A stretch of 64,000 nt of DNA from Intoshia linei (lineage: Eukaryota > Animalia > Orthonectida), in the NCBI GenBank assembly GCA_001642005.1, contig LWCA01000046.1, positions 1 through 64,000 of the forward strand, given 5' to 3'. The position numbers and the translations under genes are program-made. Each line of letters starts with the position of its first letter. Position 1 is the stretch's first letter. Below are positions 52,301-64,000 of this stretch, one piece after another. The notes under the pieces are model-generated. The model was not told where the DNA came from and ran no database searches. It saw only the letters and a program-made list of their open reading frames with translations.

Positions 52301-53683
52301 CCTTTTAAAATATATTATTAATTTAACATTAAGCATTACCGATCCAATATTCACTTGTTTGGATACTTGTACTTGTTGCAAAATTAAAAATTTTTTCGTT
52401 TTCTAATTCTCCCCATATCTTTACCAAATTAGCTCCTTCGCTATTAAAATATTATAAAATGGTATCTGCGAAATTTTTTTATTTATGCACGGTAAACCTG
52501 AAAAAAAAGTGACAAGCACTGAATGGAGGAACTAAGATAAAAGGAATTTTTATATATGGACAATATTTTTTATTTAAATCCTGAGTACTAGATAAACAAT
52601 ATATTTAATTATGAAGAAACATTTTTTCTTTCTAATACATTTTACATTTGTACATTTTATAATCAAATCTTAAATTATAATTGCAATTTAATATATTAAA
52701 TATATTACCTTTGGCATACATTTTCTGCACGAATCCAATTTGTCTTATGATTTGTGAATTTTAAACATTTATGCAAAATTAACGTCCATCCTAATTATTT
52801 ATTTTACATTATTGAGTATTATTGTAATATGTTACCATATATTAAATGATAACAAATGTATTAAAATATATTAGTTATTAATAATAAATAATTATATATG
52901 GTATTATTATTATTATTATACATAAATTTATATACCGGGTTGGTATATAATGGTATATAATATATATTGTATATTATGGTGTTCACCGTATCAAAATATT
53001 TAATAGTTTAGGTACATTGTACCTGGTACAATTACAACATTTGTTACAATAATAATGTCATTTTAATTTTTGACTTATATAAAATGTAATGTGTTACTAT
53101 ATTTTTAAAAATAGAATTTAAAAAAACAAAATTTCTATTACAATTTTTCGCAGAGGATGTTGATATCTATGTTTTATTTTCCGAAATTGAGTCTTTAATG
53201 ATCAAAAACACTATTTTCACTTTTTTTTAAAAATAAAATCAGCCTAAATATTTAATAAAACATAGATTCTGGGACGCGTTTTAAAAATATTTTCGTAAAT
53301 CTCAGGCTTATTAATGCATATCTTCATGGTCAAAACCCCAAATTAACCTTTGTTTTAAACATAAAATTGCAAGCTCTATTTGTCATACATGTGTAACACA
53401 TGTAACACGTCTGGCATATAGCGATTCTAACCATCGCATGTAAACCTCAAATTATTAATGAGTTGAATAAGTGATTATTCCCAAACTAAACAATTATTTA
53501 CAGAACTAAAAAAGTTACCTTTCGGACATTCAAATTCAATGTTATCCTAAATAATTTATAAATTTATAAAAATTAATATACACTTTATATTTTTAACATA
53601 AATTAAACGACAATTTAAACCTGACAAAAACCTTTGTACAATAATAAATTTAGAAAAAAAGGAAATATTATTAAAAATAGCAT
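28334..53683 (-). CDS. Giant Uninflatable-like type I membrane protein, copy A (complete; ~40+ exons, ~4,000+ aa)
   Basis: Signal peptide exon 53683-53621 (MLFLIIFPFFLNLLLYKGFCQ). Then C-type lectin (52790-52059), LDLa (~51978-51884), 3 CUB (51843-49990), CCP/sushi and EGF_CA (to ~45860), HYR-like (45792-43806), Cys-rich repeats plus EGF array (42227-37500), LamG/pentraxin-like (36981-35299), HYR, an RKKR site, 24 Cys-rich repeats, 2 EGF, TM (IIIIIASVVSAILFLAIVFVVI) and stop at 28334-28336. The order matches the Drosophila Uif architecture as I recall it. Confidence 0.85.
30943..34692 (-). repeat. 3,750-bp exon encoding 20 tandem ~54-aa Ephrin_rec_like (GCC2_GCC3) Cys-rich repeats
   Basis: The unit CxxGxExxxxxCxxCxxGxYKx(7-8)CxxCPxxxxTxxxGSxxxxDC occurs 20 times in ORF 30932..34711. 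AG at 34693-34694 and GT at 30941-30942. Confidence 0.9.
36337..36644. mobile_element. Degenerate hAT-type MITE
   Basis: CAGGGGTCGGCAACC at the left and GGTTGCCGA at the right. No clear TSD. Confidence 0.5.
39350..39780 (+). mobile_element. Helitron-like family copy, 3' truncated
   Basis: A|TCCTTACTTATATAATGTG start. The body matches the reverse complement of 17150-17559. Confidence 0.75.
40363..40390. repeat. (GTTAAA)n microsatellite
   Basis: About 4.7 perfect copies. Confidence 0.85.
44750..45100 (+). mobile_element. Degenerate Helitron-like family copy; similar fragments at ~43050-43270 and ~53090-53360
   Basis: GTGTGTTACCGTT...CAAAAACCCAATTTCAC...TTCTGGGACGCGTTT blocks are shared with 53090-53360 and with 16100-16330 (reverse). 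Confidence 0.5.
47585..47676. repeat. 21-bp minisatellite with alternating variants (42-bp higher-order period)
   Basis: TTGGAAT(C/T/G)TGTAA....ATTG, about 4.4 copies, inside an intron of copy A. Confidence 0.7.
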
Positions 53684-55128
53684 ATTAACTTTTACAAAAT
53701 AAGAAATGACTAAATTTATTTATATTCGTATTATAATCTTTATTTTCATCACAATACACACAATGTAATGCAATATAATTCAACCTTACAATAGAAGCAA
53801 GAGAACAACGACGAACAATAGGATAATCTGATATAGCATAAACAAATAAAAAGTAATGGATTAATATATTTATTTTAAATGTCAAAATCGTCAAATCATC
53901 ATACTTTATTTTTAGATTTATTTTCTATAATACCTATTGTCCATAATAATTGCTCAATTAAATTAGGTTGTGTTTAATGCATTTACCATTTTCAATTGAA
54001 ATATGAAAATCAACTTCTTGGATTATATACAACTGTAAACAATCATGCATAATGGAATTTACTTTCATTCAATTTTTACTTAAATTTAATCTAAACTTTA
54101 TATTCTAAAGTTATAATGTACAAATGCACAAATTAATGATTGTGATATCAAATTATTCTAAAATTAAGTTTGAAAATATACAGCCAATGTACAATAGTAT
54201 TAATTAAAATTTAATTTTTATTATACAATATCTCCACTATGTTTATCTTCAATATTCATTATTAATATTCTTACTCATTTTTTGGTATCTAAGATACCAA
54301 ATTTATTAAACCATTACATTAAACTTTAATATAATAATTCTAATGTTAGTTATTTAAATTAAGAGAGCCGCATGAGAAAAATCATTTTCACACCAGGGTA
54401 ATAAACACTCTAGTGAACATGACCCTTAAATGTGGTTAAAAATAATAATATACTAAAAATTGAGCATTATATTGTAAAAAATTAACATTTAAAAAAATTT
54501 ACTGTTAAAGTTAACTTAAATGGACTAATACAAGAGCAAACAAAAGGAAATATAAATGAAATATAATGAATCAACAAAATTTAACATGCATTACTATTAT
54601 ATTATTAGTTACCAACTCGGTTTCAAGAACATTGATTAATGAAAAATAATTATTTAGTTTAATTAACGTGCTACAAATGAATTTAAAAGCCAAGTTTTTT
54701 GTTTAAATTCTATAAATACAATGGAGAGGTGATTAAAACACATTACAATGATAACTGAAATTAGCCAAGAAATCAATTATTTGTCTTTAGTACATTCATT
54801 TATTTTCTAAATTCCACAATGACAAGTACTTATTAACTGTTGTCCAATTATTACCATGTCAGTTGCTTCGTCGACCACTAGTTTAATTGTTCTTTTTTAT
54901 TAAGAAATGTTATGGACTAATGATTTACCGTACTAGTATATTCTTGCAGTGTAGTGTTAACAGCATATATAATAATTAACGTAATAATTTCAATTTACAT
55001 TTATTTGTTTTGGATTCCTTTATATTTCAATTTAACGTATCCAAAAATTTACAAGATTAATAATTTTGAATTATATTATTTACATTGAATTTAAAACTTA
55101 CCAAAAAGCGATCAGACGTTACTAAATA
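53684..55128. promoter_or_regulatory. Putative shared bidirectional promoter and 5' UTRs of the two Uif-like paralogs
   Basis: 1,445 bp between divergent ATGs at 53683 (-) and 55129 (+). No recognisable TE copy here. Function is inferred from position. Confidence 0.55.
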
Positions 55129-58100
55129 ATGATTAGATTTAAATTAAAAATTCGTTTAATTTTATTTTTCATCATTTTATCTCAATGTACCATAAAGGTT
55201 TTTTTTCATTAATTTTATTCAATTTATGTATTTTATGAAATTTTTATTTTATATTTTTTAGTAATTGAGTTATATTTTAATTTATTTAAAAATTTAGACA
55301 ACGAATATTGTCGAATTTGAATGTCCAACAGGTTAATTTTTATACGAATTATAATAACATTTAAGGTTAGATTGACTGTTATGTACTTGGCATAAAAAGT
55401 AGCTGGCTCCAGAGAGGGTCGAATTTTCAATTTTAATGCCCATTTCTTTAATTAATTATAATCATTATATTTATGAAAATGAGAGTTAAATCTTAAAAAC
55501 AAACCAAACAGACATTATAACACAGATTAAATCTGACAAACACCTTTTATATTATTTCATTTTTCATATTATTGCACATTTTGAAGGTATGACACAAATA
55601 TAAAAATTTAAATAGAGGAAGACTTTCGCCATGTAAACTTTACATTAAAATTAATTTAATCTTATAATGAAAGTGAAACAGGCACATTAAAATTCAGGCT
55701 ACTGCAGTGAAGTAGTTAAATCAATTTTTTTATTACGCGTCGTACATTTTTGTATTAACTTACTAATCATATTGGCCCGCCATTTGCTGATGTATACCAC
55801 GTTCAAAGTAATATATTTTAATAATTTTAGGTTGGACTTTAATAGATGATAAATGTGTGAAATATTTCAGCCATTTAACGACCTGGGAATATGCTCTTAA
55901 AAGTTGTGATAGGTAATATATATTTTTATTTATTTTTTCGGTTACTTCATTTGTTATATTATTGTGGCAAAAGAAAAAAATTGGTTACTCAAAAACTTTT
56001 AAACGTCAAATTATCTGTATATTGATTGTTATTTATTCAAAAATATTTCATACCTTAATGATAATGAATTATTTACAACGTATAATAAACATTTTATATA
56101 TGTAATACATACTATGTATATTAAAAATGCTTAAAATTTTAATAAATAAGTTTTTGTCTACGTATCTAAGGTTACAAACATAAAAAAGTTTCAAAATGAT
56201 TGATAAAAAATATACGAAATAATAATAATAATAACTATAAAATAAAAGAGTAATAAGTTATTTATACACTATATTTTTATGATTTACACAGTTTTAATAA
56301 AGTTTACTCAGTATTATTTAATTTTACGGATTATACATACTTTTTACACATATTGTAATAAAATAATCAACATTTCCACTTACTTTTACACTAGTTCCTA
56401 AATTTATTTGGATACAATACAAAATATATAATTGTATAATTAAATTTTTTTAATTTAATATTGACCTGCTTTTATTGTATGTATGATAAAAATATTATTA
56501 ATTAATTTTTGAATAATAAATAGATTAATTCGTATTTATATATGTACATGTATGTATGCATATATATAAATATATATCGATTAAAATTTAATTAAAAACA
56601 TAAGGCTTAAATGTATTTTAAGATTTGAAACCATTTGCGCTGTTGGAATATACATATTATCTAATTTAAAATTATAGTATGCAAAATATAAATTCTGTCT
56701 ACGGTTTTGTAGAAAAATTTATGGATTAGAATTTTAAAAATAAATATGATTAACCAGTCTATCATGGTCAGATATAATTAATTAAACATAGAAATGAATA
56801 TATTATTATAAATCAGTTAAAAAGAAATATATGCATAAATTTCGAAGATAAAATTGGTCCCTACAAACCCCAGTTAAGAATGAAATGCTGCAGAACCAAG
56901 AATATTTACATTTAATTATACAAAAATTTGAAAAATATTGGTTCATAATATATTAAAAGTTATTTTTGACTGAATAAGTAGATTTTTGAGGTTAAATTTT
57001 TTAATTTTTAAGAATTAGAATAATCTATTTTTTTAAATTCAAAGACTATTAGTGATTGGTTTTTTTTTTAAATAAATAGTTATCAGATAATAAGAATCAA
57101 ATACTAAAGTACTTTGTTCTTTTCAACGTGAAGGCCTCAATGTGTGAAATTTAACTGAAGTGTATTTTGTGTATTAAATTATAGATTTTAAATTACCTTA
57201 TTTTAGTGAAGGAGCAAATTTAATTGAAATTTGGGGAAATAAACAAAATGACAAGATTTTCGATTATGCCAAATCTCAGAATCCCACTGTGAATGAGTAT
57301 TGGATAGGTAATTTATAAATAATAAATTAATACATTATAAATTGATGCTGTATTTGTTTTTTTCATATTTAAAAATGTGGTTTTTTATAAAGACCCACTT
57401 AAAATAAATAATGTGACCATTTTGAGACATGTGGTACACAATGATAGATTTAAAGGCAACTAATTTAAAATAAATTTGGATACTTTCTACATAAAGGCTT
57501 ACGTAAAATTATGTTTTCAAGCATTTTAAACGTTTATTCTGATGTACACACAGAACCGAACTTACGGTATGTAAACCCCTTCTCGAAGGATATTCTTGTA
57601 ATTTTTCTAAAATTGTGCCTTGTTTTTCCAAGTTGAAAATTTAAAAAAAATATGGTATTTTTTAATAAAAAGATGGATTCTTAACTACTAAGTATATAAT
57701 GAGACTAAAATATGAAAATAATATGTTTATTTTTTAGGAATGAACAGAATTGGTTTACTTGATAAGACATGGATAAAATGGTCAAAAGGTACTACGATAA
57801 AATCTCAGGATAGCGGATATTGGGCAAATAAACAACCAGATAACACTGCTAATTCTATTAAGGATTGCGTATCTGCTAAAACTCAACAAAAAGATTTTAT
57901 ATACCCTGTTGCCTACCTTTTTAACAAATGTTCCGATAAAAAGCACTACATTTGTCAAAAGAAATCTGTATGCCTAAAAAGTAAATTTTACAATATTTGA
58001 TTGCAGTGTCAATAGTAAACTAGTTTGTAATTATTATAATTATCCATATATAAATTTAAATTTGTGAGTATTCTAACCACTATTTAAATACTTAAGTATT

Positions 58101-61100
58101 TAAGTTATGGAGTTTTAAAAAATTTTAATATCTGATAACAAACATACCAATATTACAACAATACAACCTGTCGATCGCAAATGATTTTCTAGTCGATCGC
58201 CAAAATTATAATTAATTTTTTATTTTAATAATATTCGTCATTAAAATGATTTCTATTTTAAAACAATTTATTATAATATTGATAAAATTTAATTGTATTT
58301 ATATATTGTTAAAAAGAATTTAATTATATGTGGAGTGGGTACCGAAACTATATTTATTTAATCCCTTCTCTAGCAATATTATTAAATGATGTACTTGCTA
58401 CATTAAATTATAATATTTGGATTAGTCCATTATTTATTATACTTGGTTTGGCCGATAATTTTCAAATATACCGCGAAAGTGCTTCGAATTATTCAGAATT
58501 TTAATTTTTATGTTTTCTACGATCATCCTTTTTAATTTTTAACATAGGTTCCGATCAGAAACATTTTTCTAGTCAATGTATTAGTCGATCGACACTCACT
58601 GAACATTTTTAAAGTCGATCACATAAAAAAAAAGTTGGGCACCCCTGTACTACACAATGTAACATGTATATTATACATAGTATACTTTTTATAATGATTA
58701 ATTTTAGATTACTTCAGCTGTAATGAAGGAAAATGCATTAAAAATGAAGATTTATGCGATCAATATAATGATTGCATTGATGGGTCTGATGAATTAAATT
58801 GCCGTATATTTTTAAAGACGTTTATATATATTTAATATTTAGCTAATAAATTTTATAAATTATTATCTCTTACTACTGGAACCATTACGTTCTCCGTCGG
58901 TTCGACAAAATATAATGAATACAAATGGCTTATATCTTCTACACCTGGAAATCGAATTCTACTAAAGGTTACATTTTAAATTAATACTAGGTTGACTGCT
59001 ATGTACTACGTACAAACAGGACCTAGCTCTGCCGAGAGCACATTTTTTGTTTTAATAAAATATTTCGGAAAAAATATATATGAATATTAAAACGCTTTTA
59101 TGACCATGATTGTTTTAAATTCTAGGGCTGTTTTCATTAAAAAATTAAGGGTCATTTGTGGTTTTGGCCCTGAAGATATAATTTTTTTAAATTTAAATTT
59201 ATGATAATGTTTATGATTTTAAAATCTGTATCAGCGTATATATTTTTTTAAATTTTCCAACTTGTTTGATTTTAAAAAAAAAAAAATTGGGGTTTCTAAC
59301 CAGTAAGATGTGAGTTTGGGAGGTTAAAATTTATTTTGCGAACACCCGGGAAAAACTGTAATTGAAATGGAAACTTTATAAAATTAAACCATTTTATATA
59401 TAATATAAGAATATAAATTAATATATATATAAGACGAATATAATTATAAAATAAGACGGATATTTATTTAATTCAAGTGGAACACACACAAAAACAAAAA
59501 TCGCGTAACATATTATATAAGTAAGGATTATTTTGGCACCAAATGAATAACTGCAAAATATTTTACATAAATATATATTATATGCTGTGAAAGCCATCTT
59601 ATAAATTATATTTTAATGGTCATTAAAAAACCGCACCCGATACCTCTATATATTATTAATATCATATTCTTCAATTTGAGCTATTTTAAATTTAAATTTA
59701 ATATCAAAACTCTAGAAAAGATGGTTAGAGCTATATGTACTATACATATAAAAATTTTTGTGGATATATTTTGTTTTTCGTTATTTACAGCATTGTATTT
59801 GGTTTTGCTTGATAAGACATGTTTAGGAACCTCTGCCTTAAAGCAGCGTTTCCCAACCATTTTGCTCTGGGTCCAAATTTAATTTGATTCCTAGAATTTT
59901 AACAAATATACATTAATAATCAAATTTTTCAGAGCATAAATTAAAATAAATGTCAATCTCAGAAACTTACCGCTTTCCGGTGAAAAACCCTAGTTCAATT
60001 ATATTACTTGATTAAATTTAAACATATATTGATAATTTGTGTTGCGGCTGTGATTATCAAATTCGCACCGGTTGGGTTTTTTAATCATTTGTGGATAATT
60101 TTTATTACATTTTATTTATTTGTAAATTTAGTTTACACAATTTATTTCTCAAAAAGATATTGATATTGTAAAAATATATAGTGGAGCAAAAAACACTATA
60201 GACTCGACATGTATTGCAATTTACTCTGGAGTTTTAACTGCCGATCAGTTATCTCTGGTCAGTTTAGATAATAATGTTATTATCGAGTTTATACCTTCTT
60301 CTGTTACATCAACATTTTCTTTCACGCTTTCTTATAATGCAGGTAGTTTATTTTTTATTTTTATAATAATAATAATATTAATAATAATTAATTTATTATA
60401 TAGTAAATATTATAATTACTATAATTGCTTCTAATTAAAACATGAAATATTTAGTGGATGATCAAGAATTATCGAAAAAGGAAATTTTAAAAGCTAAGAC
60501 TACATTGATTGATTTAACATCACCAAACTACCCTAATCCGTCATATGGTCTATTTCAAAAATATTGGGACATCATTGGAGTAGAAAGATCTGTGATTACA
60601 TTGACGGTAATTATACATATTGTATAAATTAAAAAATGTAAGTAAAAATTATTGATCAGGAAAATTCGAATTATAATTCTATGATGCAGAGGTCATCATT
60701 ATGGTACACTGGATGAAATTAAAATAAAATTTAATTTATACCTGTGTATGTTACTGTTTTATTAAAAAATTAATTATTCTAGAATTTTGTCTTTAATTTT
60801 TTAATAATTTTGACTTGTACGAGAAATTTGAATTTATTTTATAGATTAAAGATTTACATTTGGAGAAACAAGCCACAGTTCAAATTATAGATAATAATAA
60901 TGGTAATCCCATAATATTGGCAAATTACCACAATGAACAATTTTGGAAGAAAGAGATTAGCGTAATATCAATAACAAACATTGTTTCTGTTGTTTTAACA
61001 AACAATTACAACGACAAGGCGTATTTTAAACTTAGTTATATGCAAGGTAATTTTTGGATCAATTTTTACATTATAATAATTAACAAACTTTTGATAGCAT

Positions 61101-63725
61101 TTAAAAAAATTTAAATTTAAAAATTAAGGTTGTGGATTCAATTTGAAAGCAATGAAGGGTGTGATAAGTTCACCAGGATTTTCATTATTTGACTATCCAC
61201 CAAATCAAAAGTGCGTATGGACGATTGAACCAACAAACTATCCATTTTCATCCTCTTTGACACTAAAAAGATCATTAGCGTCTGATAACTACAAAATTTT
61301 TATTGATGATTTTTTGATTGTAAATTCTGTTGATGCTAATAATAAAGAAATTTCCATATTTGAAAGTAAAAATGATATTGGAGCTTTAAATGACTTGGTT
61401 TTGGTATCTGCTACTGGAAAATTTACCGTAAAATTTAACACGAATGCAATCAATCAAGCTTCCGGTTTTCAATTGACATTTTGTATTGATTGTACTGATC
61501 CCAAAATTGATAAGTTTACCGTTATGACTCCAAACACTCGAAAAATTGGAGACAAACCTGTTTTTACATGTCTGAAGGGTCACGTATTTGTACAGGATGC
61601 TTACAAAACACAAAATTCAATTAATTCTGAATGTAAAAGTGACGGTTGGAGTATTTGTCCCATTCCGAATTGCCAACGTATGAATATCTTTATATTTTAT
61701 TTAATATATTTATAGCTATTGTGTGCGGGAATCCCATCATTGATGCAAACACTATATTAATTTCTAAAACTGGAATTGTTTATCAATCGGTAGCAACTTA
61801 TAAATGTACTCCAAATTCTATACTTGATACTTCTGTAACTACCGTGTTAACTGCCACGTGTCTTGACACTGGTAAATGGTCCACCTCTCCAAAATGCAAA
61901 GGTGAAATAAATTTTGTAAAAATTTAATTTTTTAATTTAGTTGTAAGCTGCCCAGTTATAGTTATTGTAAATGGAGTAGCAACAAAAACATTTGGAACTT
62001 TAACTGAAGTTAATTCGATATATTCCGTCAAATGTAATCAAGGGTATTATACTTCCTCTGTTAATTTGGTTAAATGCGGAATCGATTTGAAATGGTCTCC
62101 TACATTACCTAGTTGTTTAGGTATGTATTTTAATTTGTAGGTATTAATTAAAATTTAGCTGTGTCATGTCCGACTAGAATTTACCCTTATTCTGATTATG
62201 TTAAAACTAACATTGATTTGAAAATTTTGAAATATAAGGAATCTACTCCAGTTTCCTGTTTGGTTGGATTTAAAGAGAAAAATGGAAAAACTACAGTTGA
62301 ATGTCAAATTAGTCAACTTTTAACAGATTTTGAATGCATAAGTAATATAATTAAACTAGCTTAATTATTATTTCACATTTTTTGTTTTAATGAAATATTT
62401 CAAAAAAAAATATATGAATGCTAAAAAGTTTTTTTGACCGTGAATTTATCACTTATTCGGATTAAAATTTGCTGTATGTGTTAACAGGATACAACTGTAC
62501 AACCTGTAAATTTTATGAAATTCTAGGGATATTTTCATTAAAAAAAGAAAGGTAATTTAAGGTTTTGGCCCTGAAGATATAATTTTTTTAAATTTAAATT
62601 TATGGTAATGTTTATTATTTTAAAATCCGGATCAGCGTATATATTTTTTGAAATTCCTTAACTTGTTTGATTTTTAAAAACAGAAATAACTGGGGTTTTT
62701 GACCCGTAAGATGTGAAATTAGGAGGTTGAAATTTATCTTATTATACGTCGCGGAAAAAACTATAATTGAAATGTGGTCTTTAAAAAATTATAAGACTAA
62801 TAGTTATTTCAATAAAGTGGAACACACACACACACACACAAACAAAAATCGCGTAGCATATTATATAAGTTAGGATTATTTACACAACACAGAAATATAT
62901 GTAAACTACTGTTTTAGAAAATATTTTTACAATTATAATAACAAATGATAAAATTAGATATCGATGAATGTGCCACAACTAAGCCATGTGATGTTAATTC
63001 AGTGTGTGAAGATTTATTAGGTGGATACAAATGTAATTGTAAAGCTGGATACTCTCAAAAGGATCAAAATACGTGTCAAGGTTTAAATTATTAATTTATG
63101 AGCAATTATTAGCTGGGGGGCACCTGTTATCATAAACAATGAAAGGGTTAATAAAAAAATTATTTACATTTTTTTTAAAGTTTGAGTTGATTTTACAGTA
63201 TATTCTTGACAAATAAAATATTTGAAGGGGTTCATAGATTGAACAGTTTAAAATTCCATCATAATATAATAATAATTATTGTATATAAAATAATTTTAGA
63301 TATTGATGAATGTCTGGTAAATAATGGCGGTTGTGAGGAAAAGTGTACCAACACTTTGGGTTCATATACTTGTAGTTGTACGACAACGGGTAAAATAATA
63401 TATTCTGCGGCAAACTTGAATAATATTCCTTTGGGAACTAATGAAGACGGTACAAAGGTTGGAGACATTCCACGAATTCAACATTCTTGCATCTGTAATT
63501 TGTACAATATAAAAATATAAAGTTTAATAGATAAACAATGTACTCTGCCGACATTAGTTGCAGCTGTTGATAAACCTTTCAGGGTGGTATCACCGGTTAA
63601 ATCAAAGACAATCATTTATGTTGGCGAAACTGTTTATTATAGTTGCAATCTTGGATACATTATAACTGGTGCTGCGTTTCACAAATGTTTAAATGGCGAA
63701 ACAATAGTTGCTCCAACTTGCGCTC
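55129..63725 (+). CDS. Uninflatable-like protein, copy B (5' part; continues beyond the window)
   Basis: Exons 55129-55197 (signal-like [23 protein letters not shown]), 55298-55331, 55831-55912, 57207-57307, 57738-57980 (CLECT), 58708-58804 (LDLa), 58843-58967, 60132-60342, 60455-60606, 60845-61027, 61129-61677 (CUB x3 plus CCP), 61716-61901, 61941-62120, 62159-62341 (CCP), 62959-63080, 63300-63494 (EGF_CA) and 63531-63725 (CCP). Homologous to copy A exon by exon. Confidence 0.88.
58160..58647. mobile_element. hAT-type MITE remnant
   Basis: Right TIR AAGTTGGGCACCCCTG, and repeated subterminal GTCGATC motifs at both ends. The left TIR is eroded. Confidence 0.55.
58987..59527 (-). mobile_element. 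Non-autonomous Helitron-like element, full length
   Basis: Minus strand reads A|TCCTTACTTATATAA ... GCTCTCGGCAGAGC ... TGTACGTAGTACA ... CCTAG|T. Inserted between A and T with no TSD. Confidence 0.8.
62380..62875 (-). mobile_element. Helitron-like family copy with expanded (CA)n
   Basis: 5' A|TCCTAACTTATATAATATG at 62875. The body is close to 8158-8645. Confidence 0.75.
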
Positions 63726-63771
63726 GTAATTTATAATTCATAGAGAATAATTTAATATTTGATTTAAATAA

Positions 63772-64000
63772 CTAGCTTTTGAGTTTTATGTATTTTATAA
63801 AAACAATAGCTAGCTCTGCTGAGGGTAACTTTTTAATTTTAAAACCGATTTCTTAATTTATTAGACAATGAGTATATGATTTTAAAAAGAATCAAATTAT
63901 AGTTATACCCCGAAAAAATAGTCATAATAAACATGAATCCGAGAAAAAATAAAATTTAAAATACACATTTTAAATGTACCTGTAATACATAATTTTTTTT
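63772..64000 (-). mobile_element. 3' end of a probable second Helitron-like subfamily
   Basis: Minus strand reads CCCTCAGCAGAGCTAG, then about 35 nt, then GCTAG|T. This resembles the hairpin-to-CTAG spacing of the main family. Confidence 0.4.

Noticed and set aside
53685-53894. 69-aa ORF upstream of copy A, and similar 60-100-aa ORFs (e.g. 5136, 9768, 16219, 20598, 24201, 25126, 33076, 55233, 59616)
   Set aside because: These are antisense or off-frame shadows of real exons, or chance AT-rich and repeat-derived ORFs without motifs.

Overview
AT-rich animal nuclear DNA with spliceosomal GT-AG introns, many only 36-40 bp long. The standard genetic code fits. A compact invertebrate genome such as the orthonectid Intoshia is plausible, but that is inference only. 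From left to right: the 3' part of an OATP/SLCO transporter (+), MRPL38 (+), THOC2 (-), and two giant Uninflatable-like cell-surface genes arranged head-to-head. The minus-strand copy (53683-28334) is complete, with about 40+ exons and roughly 4,000+ aa. It carries 24 tandem C-terminal Cys-rich (Ephrin_rec_like/GCC2_GCC3) repeats, 20 of them in one 3.75-kb exon. The plus-strand paralog starts 1.45 kb away (55129) and runs off the window. Introns and intergenic DNA hold a non-autonomous Helitron-like family, hAT-type MITEs (one stack nested three deep), a Ginger-like TIR element and a truncated piggyBac. The block 17015-22120, between two single N's, contains an orphan gene 3' half and the piggyBac. 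It is very probably a mis-scaffolded contig, because an identical 16-mer lies just outside both N's. Exon boundaries were read by eye and may be off by a few bases.
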